Origin: Salisapilia sapeloensis CBS 127946
Lineage: Eukaryota; Protista; Oomycota
Direction: 5' to 3'
NCBI GenBank assembly: GCA_023334545.1
Contig: JAADVB010000068.1
Span: 1-64,000, forward strand
Length of the DNA: 64,000 nt
The position numbers and the translations under genes are program-made. This document shows positions 45,282 through 57,591 of this stretch, piece after piece. The notes beneath the pieces are model-generated. The model had not been told where the DNA came from. It did no database searches and worked only from the letters and a program-made list of their open reading frames with translations. Position 1 is the first letter of the stretch. Each line of letters begins with the position of its first letter.

Positions 45282-46219
45282 TTACGAAGTGATCGATGTC
45301 GAGTGAGGTGGCTCCGGATGAAGAAAGGATGGGAAAGCAAAGCGTTGAACGGCATACGATAGGTGGCCGACACTCATGGCGGAAAGCAAGGCTAAGCTTT
45401 TCCAGGAAAAGAGATGAGGAAAGTTGTAGAAGAGCGTCCAGAAACCGTAGAGACCGACGCCAGTGACGACCAATAGGGTGTTCGTCGGATGCGCCAGACC
45501 TTTGAGCTCGAAGTCTTGAGTGGATTCCGGATGAGCTTGCGCTAGGGTAGAGTGAGAAACAGACGAGAGGAGGGTGATAGGATGGACGTACGGGAGTCAG
45601 TGATGACGCTGTGGATGACACCGTCTTCTTCGATGCCGTATTCGCCCATGCTCCGACCTCGCATGAGCAGCATACCCTACAAGAGGAGGTGAGAGAAGAT
45701 CGAGAGAAGGGATACAAGGACGTACCATGTAGATGAGTCGGACTTTTTTATTCTGAGCGACTTCATGTGGGAAGAACTAGACGAGTGAACTTAGGAATGG
45801 TGTGAGGAGTGGGATGGGTAGCTAGTACCTCGCTGATAAAGTCGTCCACTAACTCCGTCGGCTTGAACCACGCCGTGCGCATGCGTTCACCTGTTGTAAA
45901 TGAATATACTATCCATTGCGCTATATAGGAGGAGAGGTACCGTATCGGAGTCTTATTGCCAGGAAGCCTTCCGGCACTGTCGATGTCCTATGGGATGGTC
46001 ATCCATTAATCATGAATCTCGTCTATCGCGGAGATTCCGACTCGACGTACCCTCCAGCTCTCGCCGTATCCGACGTCACTTGCCACTCTCCATGTGTCTA
46101 TACATATACATACTGTATGAGTTTCTTATCAATCGTATAAGTACGCTAGGAGCTACCTCTCGTCCTTCTCCAGCGACAGCGGCGATGACTCTATCCCCAT
46201 CAAGTATGACAATATCCAT
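45282..46219 (-). CDS. Ubiquitin-like domain membrane protein (TMUB/Dsc3-like); 7 exons
   Basis: Six GT-AG introns splice in frame to MDIVILDGD..FLAIRLRYGERMRTAWFKPTELVDDFISEFFPHEVAQNKKVRLIYMGMLLMRGRSMGEYGIEEDGVIHSVITDS, then two TM helices (TLLVVTGVGLYGFWTLFYNFPHLFSWKSLALL). Confidence 0.78.
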
Positions 46220-46478
46220 CTTCCTAGTTAATAAACTGCCAATCGGATGTAATTCATAGTAGCAAATACTCTGCATCATCACTGACGATCGTCCAGTCAT
46301 CCAACGTCGGTGCATTCGTCTCACTTGGCATGCTTCTCACACTCGTCCTTGCTATTCTCAGTTTGTAGTGTACAACTTTTGAAACTCCCATTCTATACCA
46401 TACTCAACTCAGGTGGTTGGAGATAGTTAAATGGGGTACTTTTGACATGAATATCTGGACATCAACGACGAAATCGAA

Positions 46479-47426
46479 ATGAACGACTTTCGGATGGAAC
46501 AATTGCAAGAAGTAGAGTGTCTATGGAGTATGTTTCCAGATACAAAGGAATTGGAGATGGAGACAAAGACGAAAGAGTACTTGGAGACTTTTATCAATGA
46601 TCTCGAGAGTGTCAGGATTCCGGAAGCGACGAAATTAGCCTATACGATTCGCTTTCAGGTAAGAGTATTGACTGTTCTGATTTGTAGAAGCAGTGTTTAC
46701 AGTGTATGAATACAGTAGAATCTCGAAATGGAAGATGGGAGTACGCCAGAGCTTGCGATATCGTACCCACCAACGTATCCCGATACGCCGCTCGACTTTA
46801 CACTCGTGTCCTGCGCTTCTTTATCCAGAGACCAAATGCAGTCTCTACGATCACAACTCGAGGACATCGCAACAGGTTCGCCAGGTCAAGTTATAGTCTT
46901 AGAACTCTACCAGTGCATGCTGGATTTCCTATCCGACATCCAAGCACAAAACGACGAATTAAAAGCATCCATGGAGACTATGCAGCTAGAACAAAAGCAG
47001 TCAGAACAATCTAGAGTAGTGCTAGGCCGACGAGCCATCTACTTCCACCATATTATAAACCCCAATAAGCAAAAAGTAGTAAAGGAATGGGCCATCGAGC
47101 TCGAACTCGGTGGCTACGGCAAGATCGGATGGCCTGGCATCGTCATCGTCGAAGGCGATGAAGACAATGTCCAAGAGTACGTCCGGAGATTACAGCATCT
47201 CAAGTGGAAGCAAATGGTCGTGCGAGGAGAACAGACTCAACTAAGTCAGGACAATGAATCCATTGATGACTTACGCGTCCTTCCTAAACGCTTCGAACCA
47301 TTACCAGAGAACGGAATGCCGCGCTTGGCATCTGAATGCGAGAAAGCTGGTCTAAAATCATTATTCCTCGCAACTATGAAGATCTATAATCGAGAGGAAG
47401 ATACCTCGCGGCAATTTCAAAAATAA
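46479..47426 (+). CDS. RWDD2: RWD domain-containing protein 2 (RWD + DUF1115); 2 exons
   Basis: EQLQEVECLWSMFP, RWD YPPTYP, then IYFHHIINPNKQKVVKEWAIELELGGYGKIGWPGIVIVEG..EYVRRLQHLKWK. Confidence 0.88.
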
Positions 47427-47448
47427 AACAAAGGGTCGTGTTGCTACT

Positions 47449-50147
47449 CTATTCTCCCTTGGCTTTCTTCTGTTTCGACGTGTCTTTCGCACCACTCTTA
47501 CGCTTCGATCTTCTCGTCGAAGATTTCTTCGGAGCTTCCACGACTTCCTCCGCTTCCTCCATCTCGACGACTACAGGCGATTCGGTCTGCTCCTCTTCTT
47601 GAGGGAATAAATTTTTCATCGATACGATGCTAAAGTCGACCAGATATGACTTTTGCAGCATCCGATCGAGACGCTGGAAGTGACGCTCATTGTACGCGAT
47701 CAAGGCCTGGAGTGTCATGTGCAGCTGCTCCAACTGCGTCCATCTCGTCGGCGGAATTTCTCGCAGAAGCGTCGAGAAGAGCACTTGGCAGATACTACTG
47801 TGTCGCGCATTCGTGTTCCAGTCCTTGGCCCACGTCAAGAGCGTCGTCAGTTGCTCATCCGACAGACTATTCACTACAGGCGCAAAGATATCTTCCGGTG
47901 TAAACGCATCCGGATCAATCTTCCCACCGTCCGGTAGACTCGGGTAGTCTCGTCCTCGAGGTCCTTCGAGCAAGTCACGTAAGATCTGGAGCATCCGGTG
48001 CGGGTATCCTAGGTCAAACGCTAGTTGAACGGCATCCAACAGCTTGTCGTTACGAAGGCAATTGGATAGCTGCTGCTCCTTTAACACCTTTTCATCCTCC
48101 TCCTTCTGCTTCTCATCTTGCTCTTGCGCCGTAAAGTCATGCCACAAATGGATGGTCGAGTCACTCCCGCCACTCGCAATCTCTGAGCTGTCCTTTGTCG
48201 CTGCTAAAGCCCAGATCTTATCTTCATGCTCATCTAACGTCGCCTCACACTCGTTGCTGCGGATCGTCCAGAGCTTAAGTAGACCGTCGGCACCTGCAGA
48301 CACGAGCTGCATACCAGCACAGACGAATTGGACACCTAGTACTGATGCCGTATGCCCTTCAAACGTCTTGAGACAAGTAAAGTCCTTGGCACTCCACAGC
48401 TTAATCGTTCGGTCGCCACTAGCAGACGCGAGACATTGATCGACGGGAGAGAATTCGACCGCCCACACGCCACGCTTGTGGCCTTGACACGTACCTGCGA
48501 GCGTCAAGACGTTGCTTCCTTGCTGCGGCACGGCGTTCCATACTTTAATCGTCTTATCCTGAGAAGCACTAGCGATGAACCGATCATTCGGTGCGACTGC
48601 AAGAGCGTTAATGTCCTTGTCATGCGCCTTGGCTGCTCCCATCGTCGATAGAGTCAGCTGATCGACCGACTGCTTGCCCGAGTACGCTGACGCGAGAGCC
48701 TTGAGACTCCACATCTTGAGCGTCTTATCGGAACTACCAGTTACGAAGAAGGAGGCTCCGAGGGAATAGTTACTCGCCTTCTGGGAGATCGCGACAGCAG
48801 CTAAAGACTCAGTATGGCCAGTAGCTGTACCAACGCATTTTCGATTCTCGACGTCCCAGAGCTTGGCTGTACGGTCTTTCGAGGCACTTACGAGCCATTT
48901 GCCATCAGGAGACACGGATAAAGCCATGACAATGTCCGTGTGTCCAGACAGAAGCTCACAGGAAAGTGTCGAACGATTCAAGAGACGGATCTCTTCGCTG
49001 TTGGTCGCAACTGCCAACTGATCGGACGCAGAGCCATCCGCATGAGGGATGTACTTGAGATTAAGAATGTCATCGTTGTACCCGATGATCTGAGCTGTTC
49101 TATCTAACGAATCATTGAAGACTAAAAAGTTCTGCTGCGACGTCACGGCGATAAGCATCGAGCGACTGGTGTCAAGCACTAAAGCAGAGAACTGCAGACC
49201 ATCTGACTCGGCTTCACGCGTGTACTGCACGGTGCATCCACTGTCGTCATACTTCCACATACGCAGTTGACCACTGTCCCCAGCCGTGACAAAGTGAATC
49301 CCTTCGTCCTGCACGATGGAGAAACTGGACGGAAGTACTTGGATGCCTTCTACGCCTTCATGCACCAAGACCGTGTGCTGTAGTTTATTATCGCGCAAGT
49401 CCCAGAAATTCACCACTTTATCGCGACCAGACGTGAGCATTGTGTATCCGTCTTGAGAGAACGCGACGCACGTTGCTGGACTCATGTGCTCTTCGATGCA
49501 AGCCCATTCGCGTTGGGAGTAGAGATCCCAAATACGCACAGTCGTGTCGTCACTGCAGGATACGAGCAAAAGTTTATTCGGATCAGGATGGAACGTCACA
49601 TTCGTCACGATTGCAGAGTGCTTGCGGAAGCTATGGGTGCAGTAGCCTTTGTCAATGTCGAAGACACGGACGCTACGATCACTACCACCAGTAGCAAGCA
49701 ACGTGCCGGTCGGATCAAAGGTTAGTGCTAACGCTGGTGTCTCATGTGCCTTGATAGTCTTAATGCAAGTAAACGTCTCGAGATCCCAGAGTCGTAGCAA
49801 CAGGTTGCGACCAGCAGTCACGAGCTGATTGTGCTTAGGTCGCACCGTGAACGTCACAAACGCTTCTTTCTGCTCTTCCTATCGTTGCAATTAGTATTCG
49901 AGGCATGCATGGATAGTATAAGCTGGCATACGTCTTCGACATCTTGCTGAAGCGTACGCTGGAGTTCACCAGTGGCAGCATCGAGGATAGCGACGTCGTC
50001 ATGGAGCATACAAGCAATGCGAGATTCACCATCACGCTCATATGTTTCGACTTTGCCACCAGTGTAGATGCCACGATGGCTTTTGTCCACTTTCCAGCTC
50101 TTGGAGAGCCCAGAGCGAGTTGAGTAGCTCCCAGCGTCAGTACTCAT
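47449..50147 (-). CDS. UTP13: U3 snoRNP WD40 protein UTP13/TBL3; 2 exons
   Basis: IYTGGKV start, many WD40 repeats (GHTDIVMAL, AHDKDINALAVAPND, GHKRGVW, FEGHTASVL, SAGADGLLKLW), Utp13 C-domain KDWNTNARHS and YNERHFQRLDRMLQKSYLVDF. Confidence 0.95.
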
Positions 50148-51233
50148 GGTATTGTGTTGTGGGAGGTGTCAGCCAACCGAGGTGGATCTTGAAGGGTTGT
50201 AATCTGATATTCTTACCCTTTGGTCGTTTCGGCTTTTGCTTTCACAGGGTTCCTATAGAGGAGGTAGCTAGGTGGTAGAGATTTATATGACTGGACGAAC
50301 TAGATCGTCTGGACTTAGTACGGAGTTCCATTGGAAATGGTGTTGAGTGTAGTGGAAAGTAGCTGCTGGAAATGGGAGTCGAGTGTGATGAAAGACTTTC
50401 ATTTGGAAATTTAAGTGCTAATGTACTCTGCTTTGGTCTTCAAAGCGTGTCTCGAATGGTGGCAACTTATTATAGAATGGGAAAGTATAACTGCAGACTT
50501 GGATGGCAAGACTACTTCCCAACAGAAGAGGCGGAATTGAGTGTGTATGAGTCTGTCCATAGTATCGAATCAGACGCCGGTAAGCTCCAAGGAAAGCATT
50601 CAGCGAAACGAACTATCGAGAGAGCGATTCCAAATCTAGGCAGTCCACTATCTCTATCTATTTATTTATCTATTCATCGTGTCGTGAGGATGGAGGCTGG
50701 AACAACTATCGATCTCGTGGATCTGCATGAACTCTTCTTGCAATGAAACCATTTCCATTGCAGTTGCTACCCTCTGCTTTTATAAGCAAGCTCGCTCTTC
50801 TTCAAGTAGTTTCTTGTGCTCTCTATCGTAGCAAGCCCATACTTGTTCAAGGTAGACGACGATGGGCAGCAGCTTCAAACCGACATCAGGTCATGCGCTT
50901 GTTCCGACCATCTGTGAGGCAGAGTTCTGCACGTATCAATCACAAACGAGCCACAGCGATATATCACACCGACTTATGTGTTTTCCGACGATATCTGGGG
51001 AAAGATCATCGTCATATCTAAGTATCTGATGGTATGTAGACGATACGGAGATGAATGGAAACTTGGATCCCATTAACGCAGTTCAGTAATGATCAATAAC
51101 CCTGTCATCGATGATGTGCAAATGCTGTTCGCGAAGAAGGCGTGGTTGAATATGGGATGCACCAAACGATAGTCACAACTACGGATGGATGGTACTTCAG
51201 TAGTTTATTATCCAATTTACGCACTGCCTCGCA

Positions 51234-52592
51234 ATGTCCGTTGCCAAGGAGAAACGCCGGTTCCCAGGTTTCCACGAGAACTTGATCGCGCCCAAAATAT
51301 GCTACGCGCTAACGACCGGCGGAACAGCTTCGCTTCTGAACTATTTAGCTGTCTTTGCGCAAAATGTGCTAAACATCTCGCCCATGGGTATTGCTCAAAT
51401 TCAAGTCGTACGCTATATATGTGCCACGGTCGCACCGGCATTTTGGGGAGCCGTCGCAGATTACTTTGACAACCAGCGTCTTGTCCACGTCTTGACGGCT
51501 CTCTCCGGTGTCTCTCTCCTCACACTCATCCAATTCGCAACGTCAATGGAAAGCGCTCTGCTACTTATCTTCTTCGGCTATATTCTCTTCAATGCTACCG
51601 GCTCTCTCCTCGACACCTCAGTGCTCCACTTGGTTAGGAAAGTTGGAGGTGACTACGGCAAGCAACGGCTATGGGGTGCACTAGGCTACGGCGTATTCAC
51701 GTATATGACAGGTGCACTGGTGGAGGTCTACGGCCTCACTGCACCGTTCAATGTATGCTTCGTCCTGACCATCCTTGGCCTATGCTTCCTCACGTTTATC
51801 CCTGCGCCCAAGAAGAGTGACCACGTCAACAGAACGAATGAACGCTCCACGTTGCTCGAATCTGGAGAAGAAGAACACCACGTGCCGACCTTGATGGAAG
51901 GCATTAAATTACTATCGAAGAAGACAGATGTCATGATGCTACTCTGTGCCGTGTACTTCATGGCCATCCTCTTTGGTGTCCTCACAAGCTTCTTGACGCT
52001 CAACCTGTACAACTTGTCCGGTGGAAGCCCACAAATTGTCGGCATTGCAATCCTCATGGAAAACATTAGCGAGCTTCCCACCTTCTTCTACGCCCAACAG
52101 TTGATCGACAGACTCGGCACGGTCAAGGTTCTTCTCATGGCTGCTGCTGCCTACTTCTTACGTATCACGTACTACGCTATCATGCCCAACGCATGGTCTG
52201 CTCTTCCGTTTGAAATGCTTCATGGCATTTCCTTTGGCTTTGCCTACATTGCGACGATGCAGTACGTCTACGCTCGTGCACCTGCTGGCTGCGAAGCTAC
52301 TGCCATGGGTATCCTCAACGGTGTCCAAATGGGCTTTGGCTGTGCAACTGGAACGCTCATGGGCGGGTACCTCTACCAGAACTATGGCCCACGCACGATG
52401 TGGTGGATCATGGACTCGGGCGTGATCATCGCCGTGATCTTCATCTTGGCATTCGGTCGCGCAAAGAGCAAGATCGAGGAAGAAGAAGCAAAGAAGGACA
52501 TGCCAGAAGCAAATGAGCTCGTGTCTCCAGCTAACACCGGTTTAAGTCTCACTTCGCCACGATTCTCTGGAGAGTCCTTTGCTCATAACTAG
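51234..52592 (+). CDS. MFS transporter, MFS_1_like (MFSD6 type); intronless
   Basis: About 12 hydrophobic segments; APAFWGAVADY, DYGKQRLWGALGYG, ELPTFFY, FEMLHGISFG, GTLMGGYLY. Confidence 0.9.
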   Translation: MSVAKEKRRFPGFHENLIAPKICYALTTGGTASLLNYLAVFAQNVLNISPMGIAQIQVVRYICATVAPAFWGAVADYFDNQRLVHVLTALSGVSLLTLIQFATSMESALLLIFFGYILFNATGSLLDTSVLHLVRKVGGDYGKQRLWGALGYGVFTYMTGALVEVYGLTAPFNVCFVLTILGLCFLTFIPAPKKSDHVNRTNERSTLLESGEEEHHVPTLMEGIKLLSKKTDVMMLLCAVYFMAILFGVLTSFLTLNLYNLSGGSPQIVGIAILMENISELPTFFYAQQLIDRLGTVKVLLMAAAAYFLRITYYAIMPNAWSALPFEMLHGISFGFAYIATMQYVYARAPAGCEATAMGILNGVQMGFGCATGTLMGGYLYQNYGPRTMWWIMDSGVIIAVIFILAFGRAKSKIEEEEAKKDMPEANELVSPANTGLSLTSPRFSGESFAHN

Positions 52593-52643
52593 GTCTAGAA
52601 AAGAAGCAAAAGTATCTTCTGAATCAAACAACATTGGCGTTTA

Positions 52644-54263
52644 TTAACTCTCGATCAGTGCTTTCAAGCTTTCAATAGCCATGCCAATGCCACTAATGAC
52701 GATGATGATCGCCATGGATGCGATTACAAGTGACGGGCAGCGGTACTTTTGAACTAAGCGTAAGAGAACCACTTGACCGAGCAACGTGAGCAGTAGTCCC
52801 ATGGGGAACGTCCATCGAGCGTAGTGGAAATCCATCACACCCATCAGCATATAGTTCACGGAAGACACTATGTACATCATTAAGCATATAAAAGCCCTAC
52901 TTATAGATGTAGACGTACTTCCGCTGGAGAAGAGGACCGTGACGGCAGTCATGGCGGATGCAGCTGCAGGATCGACGCCTAGTTCCAGGAGTAGTGGCGC
53001 GTTGATGATACCACCTCCGATGCCAAACATCCCGGCAATGGATCCAGCACCAAGGCAGTACCATGGAAACGATCGAACGGTCCGAGGCGACCACTAGATG
53101 CATCTAATCAGCTTCATGCTGCCAGTTTAGGAGGACATGAACGTACCTGGATTTCATCTCTTGATAAGACGTACTGCGGGTTCTGTTGCTGTTGGAAGGT
53201 GCTGACAATATTCTTTAACGAGTAGTGACTGAAGACAAGTAGCAGTATCAACGGCATGAAAGCAAGGAACGGATAGAAGAATGAGTTCTGGGACAGACCG
53301 ATTGGACTAGCAAAGCCTGGACCTCCTGTAAGCACTCGAAGCAAGACGATGCCTGCAAAGAGTCCGAACAAGTACCCGACTTTCTTCCATGGCACATCTG
53401 CTCGGTAGTTGATGTTGTAGCTATCTACTGAAGGCTGCGAAGCGACACCTAAGAGATACGAAGTGTCCGACGTCTTGCGTCCGCAGCAGCGCCAGTCTTC
53501 CTGACGGATGGCATAGTATGCCTTGAGGCAAGTGCGGTAGCCAGCATAACCGAGGAAACCTACGAGCATGAAGCACAGCATCCATGCAGGCATCAACGAG
53601 TTGATCAGGACGCCAATACTAGCTCCCACTATCGAATAGGAGTTACTATAACAAGCACGGAGATAGATAAGAGGTAGATGTACTTAGAAGCAGAGGTTGC
53701 ATGGCGAGGATGACGTCCCAGTCAATTAGTGATTTGGCTGAGTACGGTCTCGCTCGCTTCACGTTCAGAATGAAGTTACCAATCGCTATACCGAATGGAT
53801 AAATACGTGTTTATAGATATGTCTATGGGGCTTTTGCAATACCTCCACCAACGATCGTAATACTGGATATTGGGAATGCAGTCTAGTAGACATGAGCTCA
53901 ATCTCTTTTGATACTAGGATTACATCGACTTACTTTGGGCGCTAGACCGATGATTAGCATGTAGATCGGGTCGAGGACGCCACCACCTCCCGTGCCTCCA
54001 CCTGCAGCAATGAACACAATCAACCCAGCGACAGAGATCCCTACAATGTCCCTCGTCAAGTTATTCTCTTGCTTTTCCTCAATCGGAGCAAAGGGATTCC
54101 CAGGGATCACGGTCGTTGGGGTAGGCACATCCGTCTCTGGTTCAGTCGCAACTGATGCCAACGCTCTTGCATCTCCAAGAGCTACTTGCCCCTTAAACAC
54201 AGTCTGTGCCTGGACACTGCATACGGCCAGTAGCATACACTTGAGCCAGAACGAGACTCCCAT
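52644..54263 (-). CDS. Sulfite exporter TauE/SafE family membrane protein; multi-exon
   Basis: AAGGGTGGGGVLDPIYMLIIG, IDWDVILAMQP, FGIGGGIINAPLLLELGVDPAAASAMTAVTVLFSS; N-terminal signal peptide. Confidence 0.9.
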
Positions 54264-54829
54264 CGTCGCAATTCGATTTATGATTCCTTATTCCGTACTA
54301 GGATTTCGTCTATCCGAAACGCTTTTTTACCCATTTGACTTGACCTTTGTATCCACTACCAAACGTCATGCTGCTTTTATCGTTTTATTGGATGCCAGAG
54401 ATACAGTGTCAAGCATCGATGTTCTCACTCCTTTAAGAAAGCTCCGACAAGCTTTTACTCGCTCGAACACCCACAACGGATTGTATCTAGTTCTCTTTCA
54501 TAAGACCTTTAGATACCCGTTCAGTATCGCCTCTTCCACATACTCAGCGGCAGAAACGATACGACCTAGACTATATAACTCTTTAGTGAAACCTGCAGCG
54601 TAGATAGATCGTATCTGACTGCTTGAACACGACGACATGGCTGTACTTACCGCATCCGACAGCATCTCGAATCAGACGATTGCCCAGGAAGAAATCGAAT
54701 TGGTTTATTTTTCTTATACGAGACACTGCTGTCAACGGTTGTTTTGATTTTGTTGGCCAAGAGCGTTTGGACATCGTCTCTAAGTCCCTCGCGTGTCCAG
54801 TCTATTGCCTACCAAGGTCCAGAGAGAGG

Positions 54830-55943
54830 ATGGAACGGTATCAGAAGCTGGAGAAAGTAGGAGAAGGTACCTATGGTGTCGTCTACAAGGCGAAAGACCG
54901 CGTCACGGGCGAAGTCATTGCGCTCAAGAAGATTCGGCTCGAAGCCGAAGATGAAGGCATTCCGTCGACTGCGATAAGAGAAATCTCGCTGTTGAAAGAA
55001 CTGCAGCATCCGAACGTCCTTCGGCTTTATAACATCGTACACACCGAACGCAAGCTCACCCTTGTCTTTGAGTACCTCGATCAGGACTTGAAAAAGTATC
55101 TCGACGTGTGCGAAAAAGGGCTTGATAAGCCCATCATGAAGGTACATTCGACCTCTCCTGCGTACATTCTAGTCGCTAATCTGTGGAGTATCTAGTCATT
55201 CTTGTATCAGCTACTCCGAGGCATTGCTTATTGCCATGAACATCGCGTCTTGCATCGGTATGGTCCATCCCTTTGCGAGCGTCCTGTCCTCTGTTAACAA
55301 TTGTTGTTAATACAGAGACCTAAAACCTCAGAACCTCTTAATCAACCGCGAAGGAGAGCTCAAACTAGGCGACTTTGGCCTCGCAAGAGCCTTTGGCATC
55401 CCCGTCCGAAGGTACATTCCTTCCTATCAAGCTCAAGAATATCCTATTCAACCATATTCTCCACCATAGCTACACACATGAAGTGGTAACACTATGGTAC
55501 CGTGCACCAGACGTCCTCATGGGTTCTCGAAAGTACTCGACACCAGTAGACATCTGGAGTGTCGGCTGCATCTTTGCCGAAATGGCGAATGGCGGTCCAC
55601 TCTTTGCTGGCACGTCGGAAGCAGACCAGCTTGATCGTATCTTTCGGCTCTTGGGCACACCGACGCCAGAGATCTACCCTGGCGTCGTCGATCTACCAGA
55701 CTATCGTGTACTAGACTAGTTCCTCATCGACTTTCTATCAAGCTCTAACGATTCGTATAGAGGAACTTCCCAGAGTACCCGCCACCCGAGTCACTGAATC
55801 ACTTGGTCCCGACACTGGACGACGACGGCGTCGACTTGTTGGAACAAATGCTCCGGTACGACCCATCGAAGCGTATTGCGGCCGTGGATGCGATGAACCA
55901 TCCGTTTTTCCAAGACCTCTCACCTGTCCTCATGGACAATTAA
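54830..55943 (+). CDS. CDK1: PSTAIRE cyclin-dependent kinase (CDK1/CDC2/CDKA); 5 exons
   Basis: [76 protein letters not shown]; four GT-AG introns restore the frame to the stop at 55943. Confidence 0.96.
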
Positions 55944-55995
55944 CCCAAACCCACACGATGTCGTCTCCGTCCCTCTTTGTCGTTCTTAGTAGAGA

Positions 55996-56053
55996 GTTTT
56001 CATAGTTTTTCATAATTTTCATATCCTTTCATAGTTTTCATAGTCTTTTCACA
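55996..56053 (+). repeat. Degenerate tandem repeat of TTTTCATAG-like units (about 6 copies)
   Basis: gttttcatag tttttcataa ttttcatat cctttcatag ttttcatag tcttttcacag. Confidence 0.8.
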
Positions 56054-56158
56054 GGAGATAAGACACTTTTCTTAGAACTTTCTTTCAACACATACGACCG
56101 ACTTCGGTCGTTACAGCGTCTGGCATAGACGCACTCTGCTCTCGTCCATCTTATACGT

Positions 56159-56174
56159 CTCACTTGCCACTTTT
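56159..56174 (+). promoter_or_regulatory. Oomycete Inr+FPR-like core promoter
   Basis: CTCACTTGCCACTTTT is close to the TCAYTYYNCAWTTT consensus and lies 10 nt before ATG 56185. Confidence 0.45.
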
Positions 56175-56184
56175 CTCTCTCTTC

Positions 56185-57591
56185 ATGGGTTCCCGAGATC
56201 TCTTCTTCGTTCACGTGCCATCCACGGTCGTGAATGACGGAGGTTATATCGTGTCCGCGAAACTAGCCAAGGAGATTCATGGCGAACTCGAAGGCGAAAT
56301 GAACTTCCAAAAGCTCCTAGATACGATTCTCATACGAGATCTACAGGTTCGGGAGCCGAAATGGTCCAAATTTCTCGATTCAGATGAACTCGAAGTGAAA
56401 TTCGCCGTCCCAGGAGACCGGACGGAGCACGTGTTAAACCACTTGCTCAGTCTCGGCATCGGAGACGAATATGGGAGTATCTGGCTCTCGTCGCTCGAAG
56501 CATGTCGCCCGAGACTCGTTTCTCCCTTGCAAGAGAACACGACTATGGATAAACAGTTCATGGATTCTGTTAAAGCACGTATGATCGTTGACAAAGTCGT
56601 CGAGATGGCAAGAGCTTCGTCTGCCTTCAGTTTCGACTACGTCTCGCTCGTCATCTGCGCTAGTCTCATTGCTCTATTCGGTCTCGCATACAATAATGTC
56701 GTCGTCATCGTCGCCTCCATGCTCGTGTCGCCGATCATGGGACCAATCGTCGCGCTCACGTTCGGTGCTATTGTCCGAGACATGAAGCTCGTGAAAACCG
56801 GTTTGATCAATGAAGCTGTCAGTCTACTTCTGTGTATTGCCATCGGATACGTCTTTGGACTCATGATGATGCCATACGGACATCAGCTTACGCTTCCAAA
56901 CCCGGAAATGCTGTCCAGAGGCGAACCAAAAGGTCTCATCCTCGGTCTCTTAGTAGCCATTCCCTCTGGCGTTGGTGTCGCTCTCTCGATCCTCGGGAAT
57001 AACACCAGCAGTCTCGTCGGTGTCGCTATCTCTGCCAGTCTGCTACCGCCGGCAGTGAACACAGGACTGCTGTTGGCCGTAGCGACCGTGAACGACTTTG
57101 AACCGGCGGGAGATGCTCTCATGCAAGCGCTTTATAGTCTCCTCATTACGCTCATCAATATCGTCGTCATTATCATCATGGCCTTTGGTATGTTCAAACT
57201 TAAGGAAGTGGCGCCGTTCCCTGGTAAAACGAGATTCTGGAAGGAAGACGTCAAGCTCTCGAGAGAGTACCATCAAGTGCTTAAAGGTAACGAGGCACAG
57301 CAGGTCGCGGAACGCATCCGACAGTTCGTTCCGCAGCTACAGAACGATCCGGAAATCCAGGAAGCGAATGAATACCCGCCACAATCCACATGGGAGCACT
57401 ACGTCTCGTATGGAGCTCAGCGACACCATGTCAATCGCCAGTCGAGTCTCATGGCGCTGTTTGAAGAACCGTCCGTGGAGGAGACGCCAGTGGGGAGGGA
57501 CCACGCGAATGGCTTTGGCAAACCTGCGTCGACGACGTCAACGTCGCAAACCGCTCGTTTCCGTGAAAGCTCGGCGGAACGACAAGTGTAG
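56185..57591 (+). CDS. DUF389 multi-pass membrane protein; intronless
   Basis: NNVVVIVASMLVSPIMGPI, EMLSRG, LVAIPSGVGVAL, SSLVGVAISASLLPPAVNTG are the DUF389 signature. Confidence 0.9.
   Translation: MGSRDLFFVHVPSTVVNDGGYIVSAKLAKEIHGELEGEMNFQKLLDTILIRDLQVREPKWSKFLDSDELEVKFAVPGDRTEHVLNHLLSLGIGDEYGSIWLSSLEACRPRLVSPLQENTTMDKQFMDSVKARMIVDKVVEMARASSAFSFDYVSLVICASLIALFGLAYNNVVVIVASMLVSPIMGPIVALTFGAIVRDMKLVKTGLINEAVSLLLCIAIGYVFGLMMMPYGHQLTLPNPEMLSRGEPKGLILGLLVAIPSGVGVALSILGNNTSSLVGVAISASLLPPAVNTGLLLAVATVNDFEPAGDALMQALYSLLITLINIVVIIIMAFGMFKLKEVAPFPGKTRFWKEDVKLSREYHQVLKGNEAQQVAERIRQFVPQLQNDPEIQEANEYPPQSTWEHYVSYGAQRHHVNRQSSLMALFEEPSVEETPVGRDHANGFGKPASTTSTSQTARFRESSAERQV

Noticed and set aside
50372-51021. 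ORFs of 124 and 92 aa in the UTP13-MFS divergent spacer
   Set aside because: No recognisable motif, a non-coding-like composition, and no splice-supported continuation.
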